Origin: the human T2T-CHM13v2.0 reference genome, Homo sapiens
NCBI RefSeq assembly: GCF_009914755.1
Contig: NC_060948.1
Length of the DNA: 64,000 nt
Direction: 5' to 3' (one strand)
The position numbers were made by a program, and so were the translations under genes. The notes beneath the pieces were generated by a model, which saw only the letters and a program-made list of their open reading frames with translations, had not been told where the DNA came from and made no database searches. Below, one piece after another: positions 14,422 through 26,586 of this stretch; position 1 is the first letter of the stretch, and each line of letters opens with the position of its first letter.

Positions 14422-14817
14422 TGTATTATTCTTTTCTCATATTGCTATAAAGAACTACCTTGACTGGGTAGTTTCTGGAAAAAAGAGGTTTAACTGACCC
14501 ACAGTTTCACAGGCTACACAGGAAGCATCATTGTGGAGTTCTCAGGAAACTTACAGTCATGATAGAAGGTGTAGAGGAGCAAGCACCTTCTCTGCAACAT
14601 GGCAGGAGAGAGAGAGAGAGAGAAGAGGAAGGTGCCACACACTTTTTAAACAACCAGATCTCCTGAGAACTCTATCATGACACACCACTAGGGATATATT
14701 CCTAAATCATTGGAAACCACACTCATGGTCCAATCTCCTCCCAAAAGACTCCACCTCTAACATTGAGAATTATAATTCAGCATGATATTTTAGTGTGGAC
14801 ACAGATAAACCACATCA
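14422..14817 (-). mobile_element. MaLR LTR, MSTA/MSTB-like
   Basis: tgtatta...attgctataaagaactacc...ggacacagataaaccacatca; 5-bp TSD-like atgac/gtgac. Confidence 0.85.
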
Positions 14818-14924
14818 GTGACTTGGCAGATTTTTTTCACTCTGATATTCAAGATGTTTGCCATCAAGGTAGCTAATGCCAGGTGTAATTATTACCAGAA
14901 TTGTTTTCCTTAAAGAACTATTGA

Positions 14925-14978
14925 ATTTTTTTTGTTAATTTATTATTATTATACTTTAAGTTTTATGGTACATGTGCA
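14925..14978 (-). mobile_element. Very short L1PA 3'-end fragment
   Basis: T-rich tail plus ttatactttaagttttatggtacatgtgca, the L1PA 3' terminus. Confidence 0.7.
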
Positions 14979-15775
14979 TTTAAATGATGTAGTTGTGTCA
15001 AACTATAGACCAGAAATACATGTTTCTTTCAAATCAAAAAGTTTAGACATCATTTAAAGACACCATATTCTTGCAACCTGGGTCATTGGGTAAAATGTGA
15101 TTTTACTAAAATACTTTTTTTTGGCCTTTTGGGCTATATATCAAGTGAAATAAAAGTGCTTTCTTAAAATAGAACAGCTTCACTCTTGGTTAAAACAAAC
15201 ATCTTGTTTATGTCGTAACTGTTTTGTCCATTATTTTTGCTTATTGTTTCATCGATTATTTGTCAATTGTTTTATTTAACTATTCTTCAGATGAGTAATA
15301 TAATTAATATTAGAGTCTAAATTGTCTCATTATTAAAAAGGAAACATGATCTTAAAACTCTATCAGTCTTAATTAGACTTAATAGAACAAATTCATACCA
15401 CATAATAACCTAAGTTATCTCTGCTTTCCAATGTTAGAGAATTTTAAAATGTAATTTGCAAGGAGGTAATGTATTATTTGTGCTACCATGGGAAACGTAC
15501 TGCTAGCTTTCTGGTAAAATTGCAAATACAACACATTAAATAGATATAATATCAACAGTTCATAATTGTTAAGGACAAAGTGATGATTTAACTTCACTTT
15601 GGTTTTTAGGTTTGAATGTCAGATACAAAAACATTTTGGCCTGTGAATTTGAATTTGCTCAACTTTTGATATTTTGGGGGAATTTGAATAAATATTTCCA
15701 TGAAAGTTTCAAGTAAAGTGCCACGAATCTTTGCACACCAATCACTGCCTTGTCAGGGTGCTGTGATACAGCAAG

Positions 15776-15806
15776 ATTTATTTATTTATTTATTTATTTA
15801 TTTATT
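15776..15806. repeat. (ATTT)n STR, ~7 units
   Basis: Direct inspection. Confidence 0.85.
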
Positions 15807-16234
15807 ATTGATACAGCAGTGCTGCTCCACTGGCTGTGTTCTTGAAAGTGAAGGCTGGTTATTCCATTCTGACACAAACTGATAAATAACACTTATGCGT
15901 TTTGCCATGGAACTTCTTCAAGAAGATAGATATGATCTCTGCATCAGCTCAAACTTACCAGCCCAAGGGAAGTTGAGACATATCTATGTTCCTGCAGAAC
16001 TTGAGTCTGGTTGAAGTTCAGACACACCTGGATGAAAGTGAAATGCACTAGGATAGTGCAATAGGTGCATCATGAACTGGTAATCAACAGCCTTACCATC
16101 ACCATATGTGGGGCATGTGATTATGTATGTACACTTGAATTTGGCCTTTTTAAAAAATCTGTAGACTGTGTGTGAGGGAGGAGATGTTCTCCATTTCCCT
16201 GAATCCTTAGCATTTCTCCCAAAGTAGAGAGTGG

Positions 16235-16470
16235 AAATCCTGGGCTCAATCAGTTCTCTTACCTCAGCCTCCCCAGTAGCTAGGACTACATACTAATCTT
16301 TAAAAAATATTTTAAAATTAGGCACACTTGGCTAATGTTTAAATATTTTTTGTAGAGACAGTGTTTCACTACATTGCCTGGACTGGCCTAGAACTCCTGG
16401 GCTCAAGTTATCTTCCCACCTTGGCATTCCACAGTCCTTGGATTACAGGTATAAGTCACTGTACCCAGCC
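16235..16470 (-). mobile_element. AluJ, partial
   Basis: cctcagcctccccagtagctaggactaca...gaactcctgggctcaag...ggattacagg. Confidence 0.85.
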
Positions 16471-17379
16471 AATATCTTAATTATAAAAAGCTAATTGCAG
16501 CTTTCTAAAAAGTGAGACAGTCATCAAGGTGATGCAATATACTAATTTTTGTATATATGTTGGTCAGTGTTTATTTTCAAAGCAATGGAATGAAAGGAAA
16601 ATGGTGGCATTATCAATTAGGCATTTTTAAGGGGTAGCTTACTGATTACTTCCATTAGATTCACCTGATAGCTTTTATATATACAGTTTATTAGCTCCAC
16701 TTTAGATCTGCTGTACCTGAAATACTGAAGAATGAATGGTTCACATAGGCCTGCATGCTTAAGAAGCATGATATACATGCCAAGTTTAGAGAGATGTAAA
16801 TCTTAAGCAGTCACGGGTAGCATTGGAAATCAATGCCCAAAGTTCTGCATGACCTCCTTGTGTCCAGAATCAGCTCCCAAATGTGGGAAAGTGGTAGAAA
16901 ACAACGTGTTGACTCTTGTGAGGGAGGTTATATCTCCTGAAGATTTGAAACTTCAAGACTCCAGCCAAGGAGACTGGAGATAAAAATTATTCCTCTAAAC
17001 CAGGAAGGGAAAACAGAGTAGCAAGCAAATGTAAGGTCTTGGAAAATACAGATGAAAGGGCAGTATTTTATGGGAAGTTTCTCTAGAGGGAGTTGTGATT
17101 TGCATCAGCCAGGCACACAAAGTTGGAAAAGATCATGTCAACATGAACTTAAACTTGAAGTTAAGCAGAATTACCAGGGACTTTATGGAATTTAGGATAA
17201 AGAAGGATGGGTTAAAAAGTCTGTAATCAGATGCAAGACCACTAAGGACCATTCTTACTCCTGTTGCAGGGTGGGTGTGATACATACATGGGAAGATGGC
17301 AGTGGGAATATGGAGGGTTCCACCTCATGTTTCAGATCTGTAGTGAAGAGTTTCCTGTTTAATCTATCAAAATTGTGCA

Positions 17380-17548
17380 TGACAAAAATCAGTGAGTCTT
17401 GATGGTGGGCACCTATAGTCTCAGCTACTTGGGAGGCTAAGGTGAGAATATTGCTAGATTCCAGGAGGTCAAGGTTGCAGTGAGCCAATATCATGTCATT
17501 GCAGTCCAACATGAGCAACAGAGAAAGACCCTTTCTCAAAAAAAAAAA
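17380..17548 (+). mobile_element. Alu right arm (AluJ/FRAM-like)
   Basis: cagctacttgggaggctaaggtgagaatattgc...ggtcaaggttgcagtgagcc plus A-tail. Confidence 0.85.
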
Positions 17549-17859
17549 GGGGGGGTAGAGGGGTTCCCAAAAAACATTTTTTTTCTTAATGGGCAAAGAA
17601 AAACTGAGTTAAGATCTTGCTCCTATAGAAGAGGTAGGCTTCAAAATTTACTTTACTTGGCAGCTTTTTCCCGGTAGGAAAGACAGCTTTATGAGGCAAA
17701 AAGGTCATTTACATAAAAATAAACCTGGGGCCAGCCACGGTGGCTCACACCTGTAATCCTTACAGGTGAAGCCAGCTGGACTTCCTGGGTCAAGTGGGGA
17801 CTGGGAGAACTTTTATGTCTAGCTAAAGGATTGTAAAGGCATCAATCAACACTCCATAA

Positions 17860-18130
17860 ACATGCACCAATCAGCACTCTGTTTCTGGCTAAAGGATTGT
17901 AAATGCACCAATCAGCTTGCTGTAAAAATGCACCATTTAGCACTGTTTAGCTAAAGGATTGTAAATGCAGCAATCAGCACTCTGTAAAAATGCACCAATC
18001 AGCACTCTATGTTTAGCTAAAGGATTGTAAACGCACCAATCAGCACTCTGTATAATAGACCAGTCAGTGCTCTGTAAAATGGACCAATCAGCAGGCTGTG
18101 GGCGGGGCCAAATAAGGGAATAAAAGCTGG
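17860..18130 (+). promoter_or_regulatory. LTR12 U3 enhancer/promoter: five intact CCAAT (NF-Y) boxes, a GC box and a TATA-like aataaaag
   Basis: ccaat at ~17867, 17908, 17995, 18036 and 18084; gggcgggg at ~18100; aataaaag at ~18119. Activity not shown. Confidence 0.6.
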
Positions 18131-18353
18131 CCAGCGGAGCCAGCAGCAGCAGCCTGCTGTGGTCCACTTCCATTCTGTGGGAGCTTTGTACTTTCACTCT
18201 TCACAATAAATCTTGCTGCTGCTCACTCTTTGGGTCTGCACTACTTTTATGAGCTGTAACACTCACCGCCAGGGTCTGCGGCTTCATTCCTGAAGTCAGT
18301 GAGACCACGAACCCACCGGGAGGAACCAGCAATGCCAGACATGCCACCTTGAA

Positions 18354-18486
18354 GACTTGCTCCTCCCTGTCTCTGCCATTATTGTGAGGCCTCTCCAGCC
18401 ATGTGGAACTGTGAGTCCATAAATCTCTTTCCTGTATGTGTATGTGTGTGTGTATGTGTGTATATATATATATATGAAACCATGAT
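18354..18486 (+). mobile_element. THE1-like LTR fragment plus (TG)/(TA) microsatellite embedded in LTR12 U5
   Basis: gacttgctcctcc...gccattattgtgaggcctctccagccatgtggaactgtgagtccat matches the THE1 3' half. Confidence 0.8.
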
Positions 18487-19505
18487 AAGTCAGTGAGACC
18501 AGGAACCCACTGGGAGGAAGAAACTCCAGACACATCTCAACAGCTGAAGGAACAAACTCCAGACACACCATCTTTAAGAGCTATAGCACTCACAACGAAA
18601 GTCCATGGCTTCATTCTTGAAGTCAGCAAGACCAAGAACCCATCTGAAGGAACCAACTCTGGACACAATCCCAGTGCTTTGGAAGGCCCAGGCAGGTGGA
18701 TCACCTGAGGTCAGAAGTTCAATACCAGCCTGGTCAACATGGTGAAACCCTGTCTTTACTAAATATACAAAAATTAGCCAGGCATGATGGCGGGGACCTA
18801 TAATCCCAGCTACTCAGGAGGCTGAGGCAGAATTGCTTGAATCCACGAGGCGGAGGTTGCAGTGAGCCCAGATTGTGACATTGCGATTCAACCTGGGCAA
18901 CAAGAGCAAAACTTCGTCTCAAAAAACAAACAAACTAAAAACCCGTCAACAATATCCTTGAATATGAAAGAGGACAGAGTTTTTTATTTGAAAGACATAA
19001 CCTGGTACTCTATTGAGAAAAATAACTCTGTAACTTTACCATGAAACAACAAAAAAAAATTTGATTCAATTGCACTACTTAGCATCTCTTGCAATTATAA
19101 AAGCATCACTATTAAGATATTGTGTCTTTATCACATGATGTACTTTCTTTGACGTGTCTGTGGCTATTGCAGACTTAACACTGACATTTTATATTGTAAA
19201 TTGTGCTTTAGTATAGTAGCATAGTTGTAGCAATGCAATGAAATATAATTTTTTTAATGGACTTTTCCCAAAAGTCCATTTAAGTGTACTTTTTCTCAAA
19301 AAAGAAAGTGGGGAGAGGGGTGTCGAAAAGGATTGTTTTTTTCTTAATGGGCAGGGAAAGATGGGCTTAAGTTCTTGCTCCCGTAGAAGAGGTAGAGGAA
19401 TAAGGAATAGAAAAGAAGCTTCAAAATTTATCTTATATGGCAGGTTTTTCTGGGTAGGAAAGAGAGCTTCATGATACACACTGGTCATTTACTCAAAAAT
19501 AACAG

Positions 19506-19990
19506 GCTGGGCACCGTGGCTCACGCCTGTAATCCCAGCACTTGTGGAGGGTGAGGCATGTGGATCACGAGGTCAGGAGATCCAGACTATTCTGGATAAC
19601 ATGGTGAAACCTCGTCTCTACTAAAAATACAAAATATGTGTGTGTGTATGTATATATATATACACACACAGATATACACATATATATACACACATATGCA
19701 CCCATACATATATACACACATGCATACATAGATATACACAAATACATACATATACATATATACACACACGCACATATATATGTATATATCCGGGCGTGGT
19801 GTGGGCACCTGTAAGTCCCAGCTACTCGGGAGGCTGAGGCAGGAGAATGGCTGAGGCAGGAGAATGGCTAAGGCAGGAGAATGGAGTGAACAAGGGAGAT
19901 GAAGCTTGCAGTGAGCCGATATCGTGCCACTACACTCCAGCCTGGGTGACAGAGCGAGACTCCGTCTCAAAAAAAAAATAAAAATAGAAA
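19506..19990 (+). mobile_element. AluY-like with a microsatellite-expanded linker and an internal 17-bp triplication
   Basis: ggatcacgaggtcaggagat...gcttgcagtgagccg...gagcgagactccgtctc; TSD-like aaaataac on both sides. Confidence 0.88.
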
Positions 19991-20311
19991 GAAAATAACG
20001 AACCCATCAAATAGTATCCTTCCATATGAAAGAGGATTATACATACAGAGTCTTTGATTCAAAAGAAATCACCTGGTATTGAGATAAATAACTCTGTACT
20101 TTTACCGTGAAAAACAAAACAAAACAAAATGTTGCAATTGTACTATTTAGCATCTCTTGCAGTTACAAAACAATCACTATTTTGTGTCTTTATCACATGA
20201 TGGACTGTCTTTGAAGTGTTTATGGCTATCGCAGAATTCACACTTACTTGTTATATTGTAAATTGTGCTTTGGGATAGTAGTATACTTGTAGCAATGCAA
20301 TGAAATATAAT

Positions 20312-20632
20312 GGTTTTTTGTTTTTGTTTTGTTTTGTTTGAGACAGAATCTCCCTCTCTCACCCAGGCTGGACTGCAATGGCACCATCTTGGCTCACTGC
20401 AACCTCCAACTCCAGGCTTCAAGGGATTCTCCTGCCTCAGCTTCTCAAGTCACTGAGATTACAGGCACGTGCCACCATGACGCTAGTTTTTGTTGTTGTT
20501 GTTGTTATTTTTAGTAGAGATGGGGTTTCACCATGCTGGCGAGGCTGGTCTCGAACTCCTGACCTCAAGAGATCTTCCCCTCTCACCCTCCCAAAGTGCT
20601 GGGATTACAGGCGTGAGCCGTCGTGCCTGCCC
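20312..20632 (-). mobile_element. AluSx-like
   Basis: Full dimer, ctcgaactcctgacctcaag; TSD-like aaatataat/aaatgtaat. Confidence 0.9.
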
Positions 20633-20674
20633 AAAATGTAATTTTTTTTTAAATGGACTTTTGTCTTTGTGGGT

Positions 20675-21432
20675 TTTTTTCTCTTTTTTTAAATTATATT
20701 TTAAGTTTTAGAGTACATGTGCACAATGTGCAGGTTAGTTACGTATGTATACATGTGCCATGCTGGTGTGCTGCATCCAGTCACTCGTCATTTAGCATTA
20801 GGTATATCTCCTAATGCTATCCCTCCCCCCTCCCCCCACCCTACAATAGGCCTCCGTGTGTGATGTTCCCCTTCCTGTGTCCCTGTGTTCTCATTGTTCA
20901 ATTCCCAGTTATGAGTGAGAACATGCGGTGTTTGGTATTTTGTCCTTGCGATAGTTTGCTGAGAATGATGGTTTCCAGCTTCATCCATGTCCCTACAAAG
21001 GACATGAACTCATAATTTTTTATGGCTGCATAGCATTCTATGGTATATGTGTGTCACATTTTCTTAATCCAGTTTATCATTTTTGGAAATTTGGGTTGGT
21101 TCCAAGTCTTTGCTATTGTGAATAGTGCCGCAATAAACATACGTGTGCATGTGTCTTTGTAGCAGCATACTTTATAATACTTTGGATATTTACCCAGTAA
21201 TGGGAGCGCTGGGTCAAATGGTATTTCTACTTCTAGATCCCTGAGGAATCGCCACACTGACTTCCGAAATGGTTGAACTAGTTTACAGTCCCACCAACAG
21301 TGTAAAAGTGTTCCTATTTCTCCACATCCTCCCCAGCATCTGTTGTTTACTGACTTTTTAATGATCGCCATTCTAACTGGTGTGAGATGGTATCTCATTG
21401 TGGTTTTGATTTGCATTTCTGCGATGGCCATT
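20675..21432 (-). mobile_element. 5'-truncated L1PA (PA2-4-like) 3' end
   Basis: ORF2 C-terminus ([16 protein letters not shown]...[11 protein letters not shown]), 3'UTR tcatttagcattagg, T-tail. Confidence 0.92.
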
Positions 21433-21779
21433 CTTTTTCTTTGCAGAAAACTGTTTCTTTGTAAGAAAAATATTAATATGTACAAATCATCTTGTCAGAG
21501 TCCTCTCTGTGAGCTTCAAATAAAATAAAGCAATCTTTCTCTGTTGTTTTCTTTGACCTAAAAATATGCAAGGAGATAGAATTATCATCCTAAGTACCTT
21601 GTATCCTGTAAAGGAATGATATGTAGGACAATACTAGTTGTTTTTTAAAAATAGTGGAATGTGATGATTCATAATCTGGGAATTCATGATCTATTTCGGA
21701 GTTTGTTGAGGATAACTATAAATGCAATAAACAAGATGAAAATGAGAGGAATCAACACCTAATATTAACAAGATGCACT

Positions 21780-22282
21780 GATATTGCTAGAGCATTTGCA
21801 ATCATATATATGATGAATATAAATGTCATAGACATATATACATATATATTCGTAATATATGTGACTTCCAAAGGGTCTAGCAATAATATGTATACAAATG
21901 TATACATTTCTATGACACATGCATTTGTCTGTTTCACCTGTAAAAGTATATGAATATACACACATATATATCTATGTATTAATTTATGGACATGTATATT
22001 CATTTATATTTATGTATAATTATATAGTAAGATATAATTTTATTTAGGCAACATATTCTATATTTATATATATAATTGCATACAATAAAATTATACATAT
22101 TAGAGACAATTAAAATTATATTAAAATATAAATTATATATTTGATAAATATAATACAGATATTATATATTTACAGAAATACATATGTAATTCTGTTATAA
22201 AATCCTATATAAGTAATTTTATTACTTATATAAATTAAGTATAAATATATTTTATATGTAAGTATAAATATATAATTATTTA
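21780..22282. repeat. TA-rich low-complexity DNA
   Basis: Degenerate (TA)n. Confidence 0.75.
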
Positions 22283-22284
22283 CA

Positions 22285-22380
22285 TTTCTGGTGTCAAACA
22301 CCTGAGCTCAAGTGAAGCTCACCTCCCACTTTAGCCTTCCAAACTGCTAGGATTACAGGCCTGAGCCACAGCATCCAGCC
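22285..22380 (-). mobile_element. Alu left-monomer fragment (J/FLAM)
   Basis: ctcaagtga...cttccaaactgctaggattacaggcctgagccac. Confidence 0.75.
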
Positions 22381-23375
22381 TGGAGGTTCTGTACTGCTGC
22401 ATGTATTTTACCCTACCATTTTTTCACAAAGACATTCAGTAGGGTTCATCTCTTTGGGATCAATGTTCAGGTGCTACTTAGATTCAGCCAATATGAGAGT
22501 AGAAGCCCAGCCTACATCTTAAGTCAAAATTGCACATCCTAGCAAAAGTTATAGTGTGTGTTAGGTGCCTGGTCAGTCACATGGTGGAACTTTTTTGGAT
22601 CATTCATTGGTAGTGACAAGCCTGGTGATTGGAGAATCAGCTAAATGACTATCTGGACACACATATCCAATAACATCCTCTTTTCTATGATCAATGAAGA
22701 CATTTACCATAGGAATGAAGGAGACCAAATTACCATTTTCTACATTCATTCATAAACTCACAATGCAAACTCCATGGAATAGTGTCTCTTCTTTTGCTCT
22801 TAAAAATTTCTATCTTCAAATCCCAACTTCTTGACTGTGTCTGACTTCTGGCTACATACATTAGGTGAAATTGTATTAGTATGTCAATGTTCCATTTGCA
22901 TCCTGGTTCACCACTTTCTCATTTTATGACTTTGATCATAACCACTCTAAAATAGCATGTAACAGCATTAGTCTTCTAAATTTTTTTCCAGAATACTAAG
23001 TAGACAATAATTTTAAAATGCACACAGTCACTTGAAAAAATAATAGAAATTACAAATAGTATATATATATTTATATATATACACACATATACATACATAT
23101 ATCAATGATATGATTCATATCATATATGAATACATACATATATGAATCAAAGATACATATATTTCATATTTCATATATAGTAGTACACATACATGTCCAA
23201 AAATATACAGGTCAATGGGAGAATTTCAGGTGCGATAAACTCAAGAGCACATTATCTGTAAGTGTAATTTATCAACAATTTGACTCTTTAAGTTACAAAA
23301 AAGAATGAGTCTGCCCTCTGCTGTGAACTAACTAGAAGCAAAAAGTTTATAGATATTAAAAAATAAACCTATATG

Positions 23376-23671
23376 GGCCTGGCGCAGTGGCTCAAGCCTG
23401 TAATCCCAGCACTTTGGGAGGCCGAGGCGGGCAGATCACGAGGTCAGGAGATTGAGACCACGGTGAAACCCTGTCTCTACTAAAAATACAAAAAATTAGC
23501 CGGGCGTGGTGGCGGGTGCCTATAGTCCCAGCTACTCGGAGAGGCTGAGGCAGGAGAATGGTGTGGACCCGGGAGGCGGAGCTTGCAGTGAGCCGAGATC
23601 GCGCCATTGCACTCCAGCCTGGGTGACAGAGCGAGACTCCGTCTCAAAAAAACAAACAACAAGAAAAAAAG
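23376..23671 (+). mobile_element. AluY with the 12-bp left-arm deletion (AluYd-lineage-like)
   Basis: gagacca^cggtgaaacc lacks tcctggctaaca; TSD aataaacctat at 23362-23372 and 23672-23682. Confidence 0.85.
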
Positions 23672-26049
23672 AATAAACCTATGTAAACCATGTAAATTTG
23701 TGTAATTATAACAGATTTAAATATTTAATGTTTAAAATATTGACATATTTTTAATGACCTGGTTTTAGAACAGATAGGCACATTCACATGAGCACCGAGA
23801 AGAAAAGACCAAAGAAAATACACAACACTGATTTATTCCACCACAAGCTAGTGGAATATTTGTAGACTGCACCATCCAGTCTCATTGGCCATCACTGGGT
23901 TGAAGTCTTATCCAAACCTCGTCATGGTGGGGAAGTCAAAGATTTATGCACCTGGCCCGCCAGGTTGTCCTGCATTCACCAACAGGATGCATCTTACCTT
24001 CTTGGAAAATAAACTGGTAATTCCCAAATTGCATAACCATTTGTACTTGAAGACATTCCAAGCTTAACGATGAGAGTTTGGTGACAAACTCTTAGTGCGG
24101 GTTGCCACTATGACAGCTGAAGCAGAATAAACTTGAAATTGTCTGAAAATATGGCACAGAAAAAGATTTCAGAAGAATTCTTTAAAAGTGTAATATACAT
24201 CCACTGGCTGAAGAGATTAAGCCCTTTCTCTGGGCTAAAATATACATGAAAAATACCTCTCTCGTGCATTTGAGTAGATCAGGGAAGCACATTTATACGT
24301 CTTCCCAGATCACAAAACTCTATATTCCCAAAGTAACATAATCATTAAACTCTAGAGTCACATACACTGTGAGTCATCAGTAAGTCAGGGTAGAGTATAA
24401 AAATTCCTTCAAATGAGGAATTCTTATTCCTGTCAACCATATGACTTCACACAGGGCTTTACAACTTGTGTTATATCTCCCTGCATCTGTAAAATGGTTG
24501 CATTTATAACTCAAAATTCAATGAAGGAAGGTATTAAAAATCTGGAGAGGTTTTCAAAAATAACATCTAAGCAGTGCAGTACCTGCAAGGAATTAACATT
24601 CTTCTTCTGCTGGACCATACAGAAAGAACTTCATGGATATTCAAGGGTATAGAGTTCTATATCCTTATATTGAATAACCTCAGATCATTGTTTCTAAAAT
24701 GCCTTTTCTGCCTTTCCACATAACTCAGTTGACACATATCCATTATATGCTTTTTTATTTAATTTTTTTTACTCTTAAGGAGTTTTTCTATACTTTTTTT
24801 TTGGCTTAGGTCCTAAGTGTGGCCACATAGAGAAAGTAAATTATTAATAACTCAGAGGCTTTCAATTACATTCTTGTCTTGGTTTGTAGCTGACTGCATT
24901 AGGAATTATTTATAGAAAATCAGATCTTGAACAAAGTGAAATGTTGCTACTGAGACATGTGTCACACATTCCAGTCATTGCTACTGGAAAATGATTATAT
25001 ACTTCATTGTATTCTCAGTCAATATTTTCAAAATGTAGCTTTGCATCAAAGATGAAAGAATTACTCAAGCTATCAAATATTGAACTTTTACTAAAACACA
25101 CAAAGTAGAACATGCAAATAAATTTGGCTGAAGATAAACATAAGACACATTTTTTACAATATATGTCATTGCTAAATGCAGAGAAAAACAATTTTAAAAG
25201 TGCACAAAGATTCAAAGCTTCAAGGAAAACAACTCTGAAGATCTAAGATTTCTTGAATGCTCTCTAGTATTCACTTACATTGCTGAAAATCCCCAGAGTT
25301 TCTGAGTAATAAAACTTAAACTTCTCTTAGAAAGTCTCTTTTAAGCCTTTGTTAGATTGGAAACAGGTGTATATGACTGTTAAAAATTATATTCTGTGGA
25401 TAGAGAGTCCATTTGGTTTGTAACTACCATCGACTTTATTCGTGTAATTTTACTTGATTCAAACACTTAACATGGTCAAAGAGGACTATTTAAGTGGATT
25501 TATTTTGTGCACCACTTGCAGATTTGCAGATGAGTTTGTAGATATTTTTTCAGTTATACTAAAAAAGCTGCAATACTTCAAATTTGTAATTCTGGAACAA
25601 GATGACATAGATGCACTTCTGCCTGTTTCCATTTTAAGTACAGACATAAAACCTGCATATTAATATAAAGCTAGTATAAGAGGTCCCTGACAGGTGAAGA
25701 GAAGAAAAAAGACCTGAGAACCTGAGGAAAATCATGGGAATGAGTTCTCTGGGTTTTCTGTTATCCAGCATATACCACAGATGCACTGTGGCTTCCGCTC
25801 CACCCCCATTAGCAAAGACCAAGCTTCAAGCATAAACTTCCAACATTGCCCATCTGTAATATCCAGGTGGATACCAGGCCAGACTAGCTGGTCTGGACTT
25901 TGATTTTACCAGGCAGAACCAAGACAACAATAATGACTGATTTTTTTGTATCAACTTGACTGAGTCACAGGGCATGGAGATATTTGGGAAATCATTATTC
26001 TGAATATGTCTGCAAGATGGGTACTTGGATGAGATTCCCATCTGAATTC

Positions 26050-26366
<317 letters not shown>

Positions 26367-26586
26367 TTCCCATTTGAATTCATACACTGCAAAAAGTGGA
26401 TTGACCCCTCCTGTTGGTGGGTCCTCTACAATCTATGAAAGCCTGGAATAGGAAACAAAGATGGAGTAAGAGGAAACCTCTCCTGCCTGATTGAGCTGAA
26501 ACATCAGGATTCTCCTGTCTTTAAACTGGCACCTACATCATGGGCTTTCCTGGGTCTTGAGTCTCCAGTGTGAATCCCACACTGTC

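Larger units (their letters stand above)
17760..18667 (+). mobile_element. Solo LTR12 (ERV9) with 4-bp TSD atcc
   Basis: aggtgaagccagctggacttcctggg start, tandem ctaaaggattgtaaatgcaccaatcagcactctg units, U5 repeats, ends ...ctggacaca; TSD at 17756-17759 and 18668-18671. Confidence 0.92.
17729..18935 (+). mobile_element. AluS (Sq/Sp-like) split by LTR12 into 17729-17759 and 18668-18935
   Basis: ggtggctcacacctgtaatcc | LTR | atcccagtgctttgg...tcacctgaggtcag...gcaacaagagcaaaact. Confidence 0.9.
17533..20662 (+). repeat. Old tandem duplication of a ~550-bp unit (2 diverged copies) broken up by later insertions
   Basis: Collinear blocks: ttttcttaatgggca (17.58/19.34 kb), cttcaaaattta (17.64/19.42 kb), atatgaaagagga (18.96/20.02 kb), tagcatctcttgca (19.08/20.15 kb), tgtagcaatgcaatgaaatataat (19.23/20.29 kb), aatggactttt (19.26/20.65 kb). 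Confidence 0.9.
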
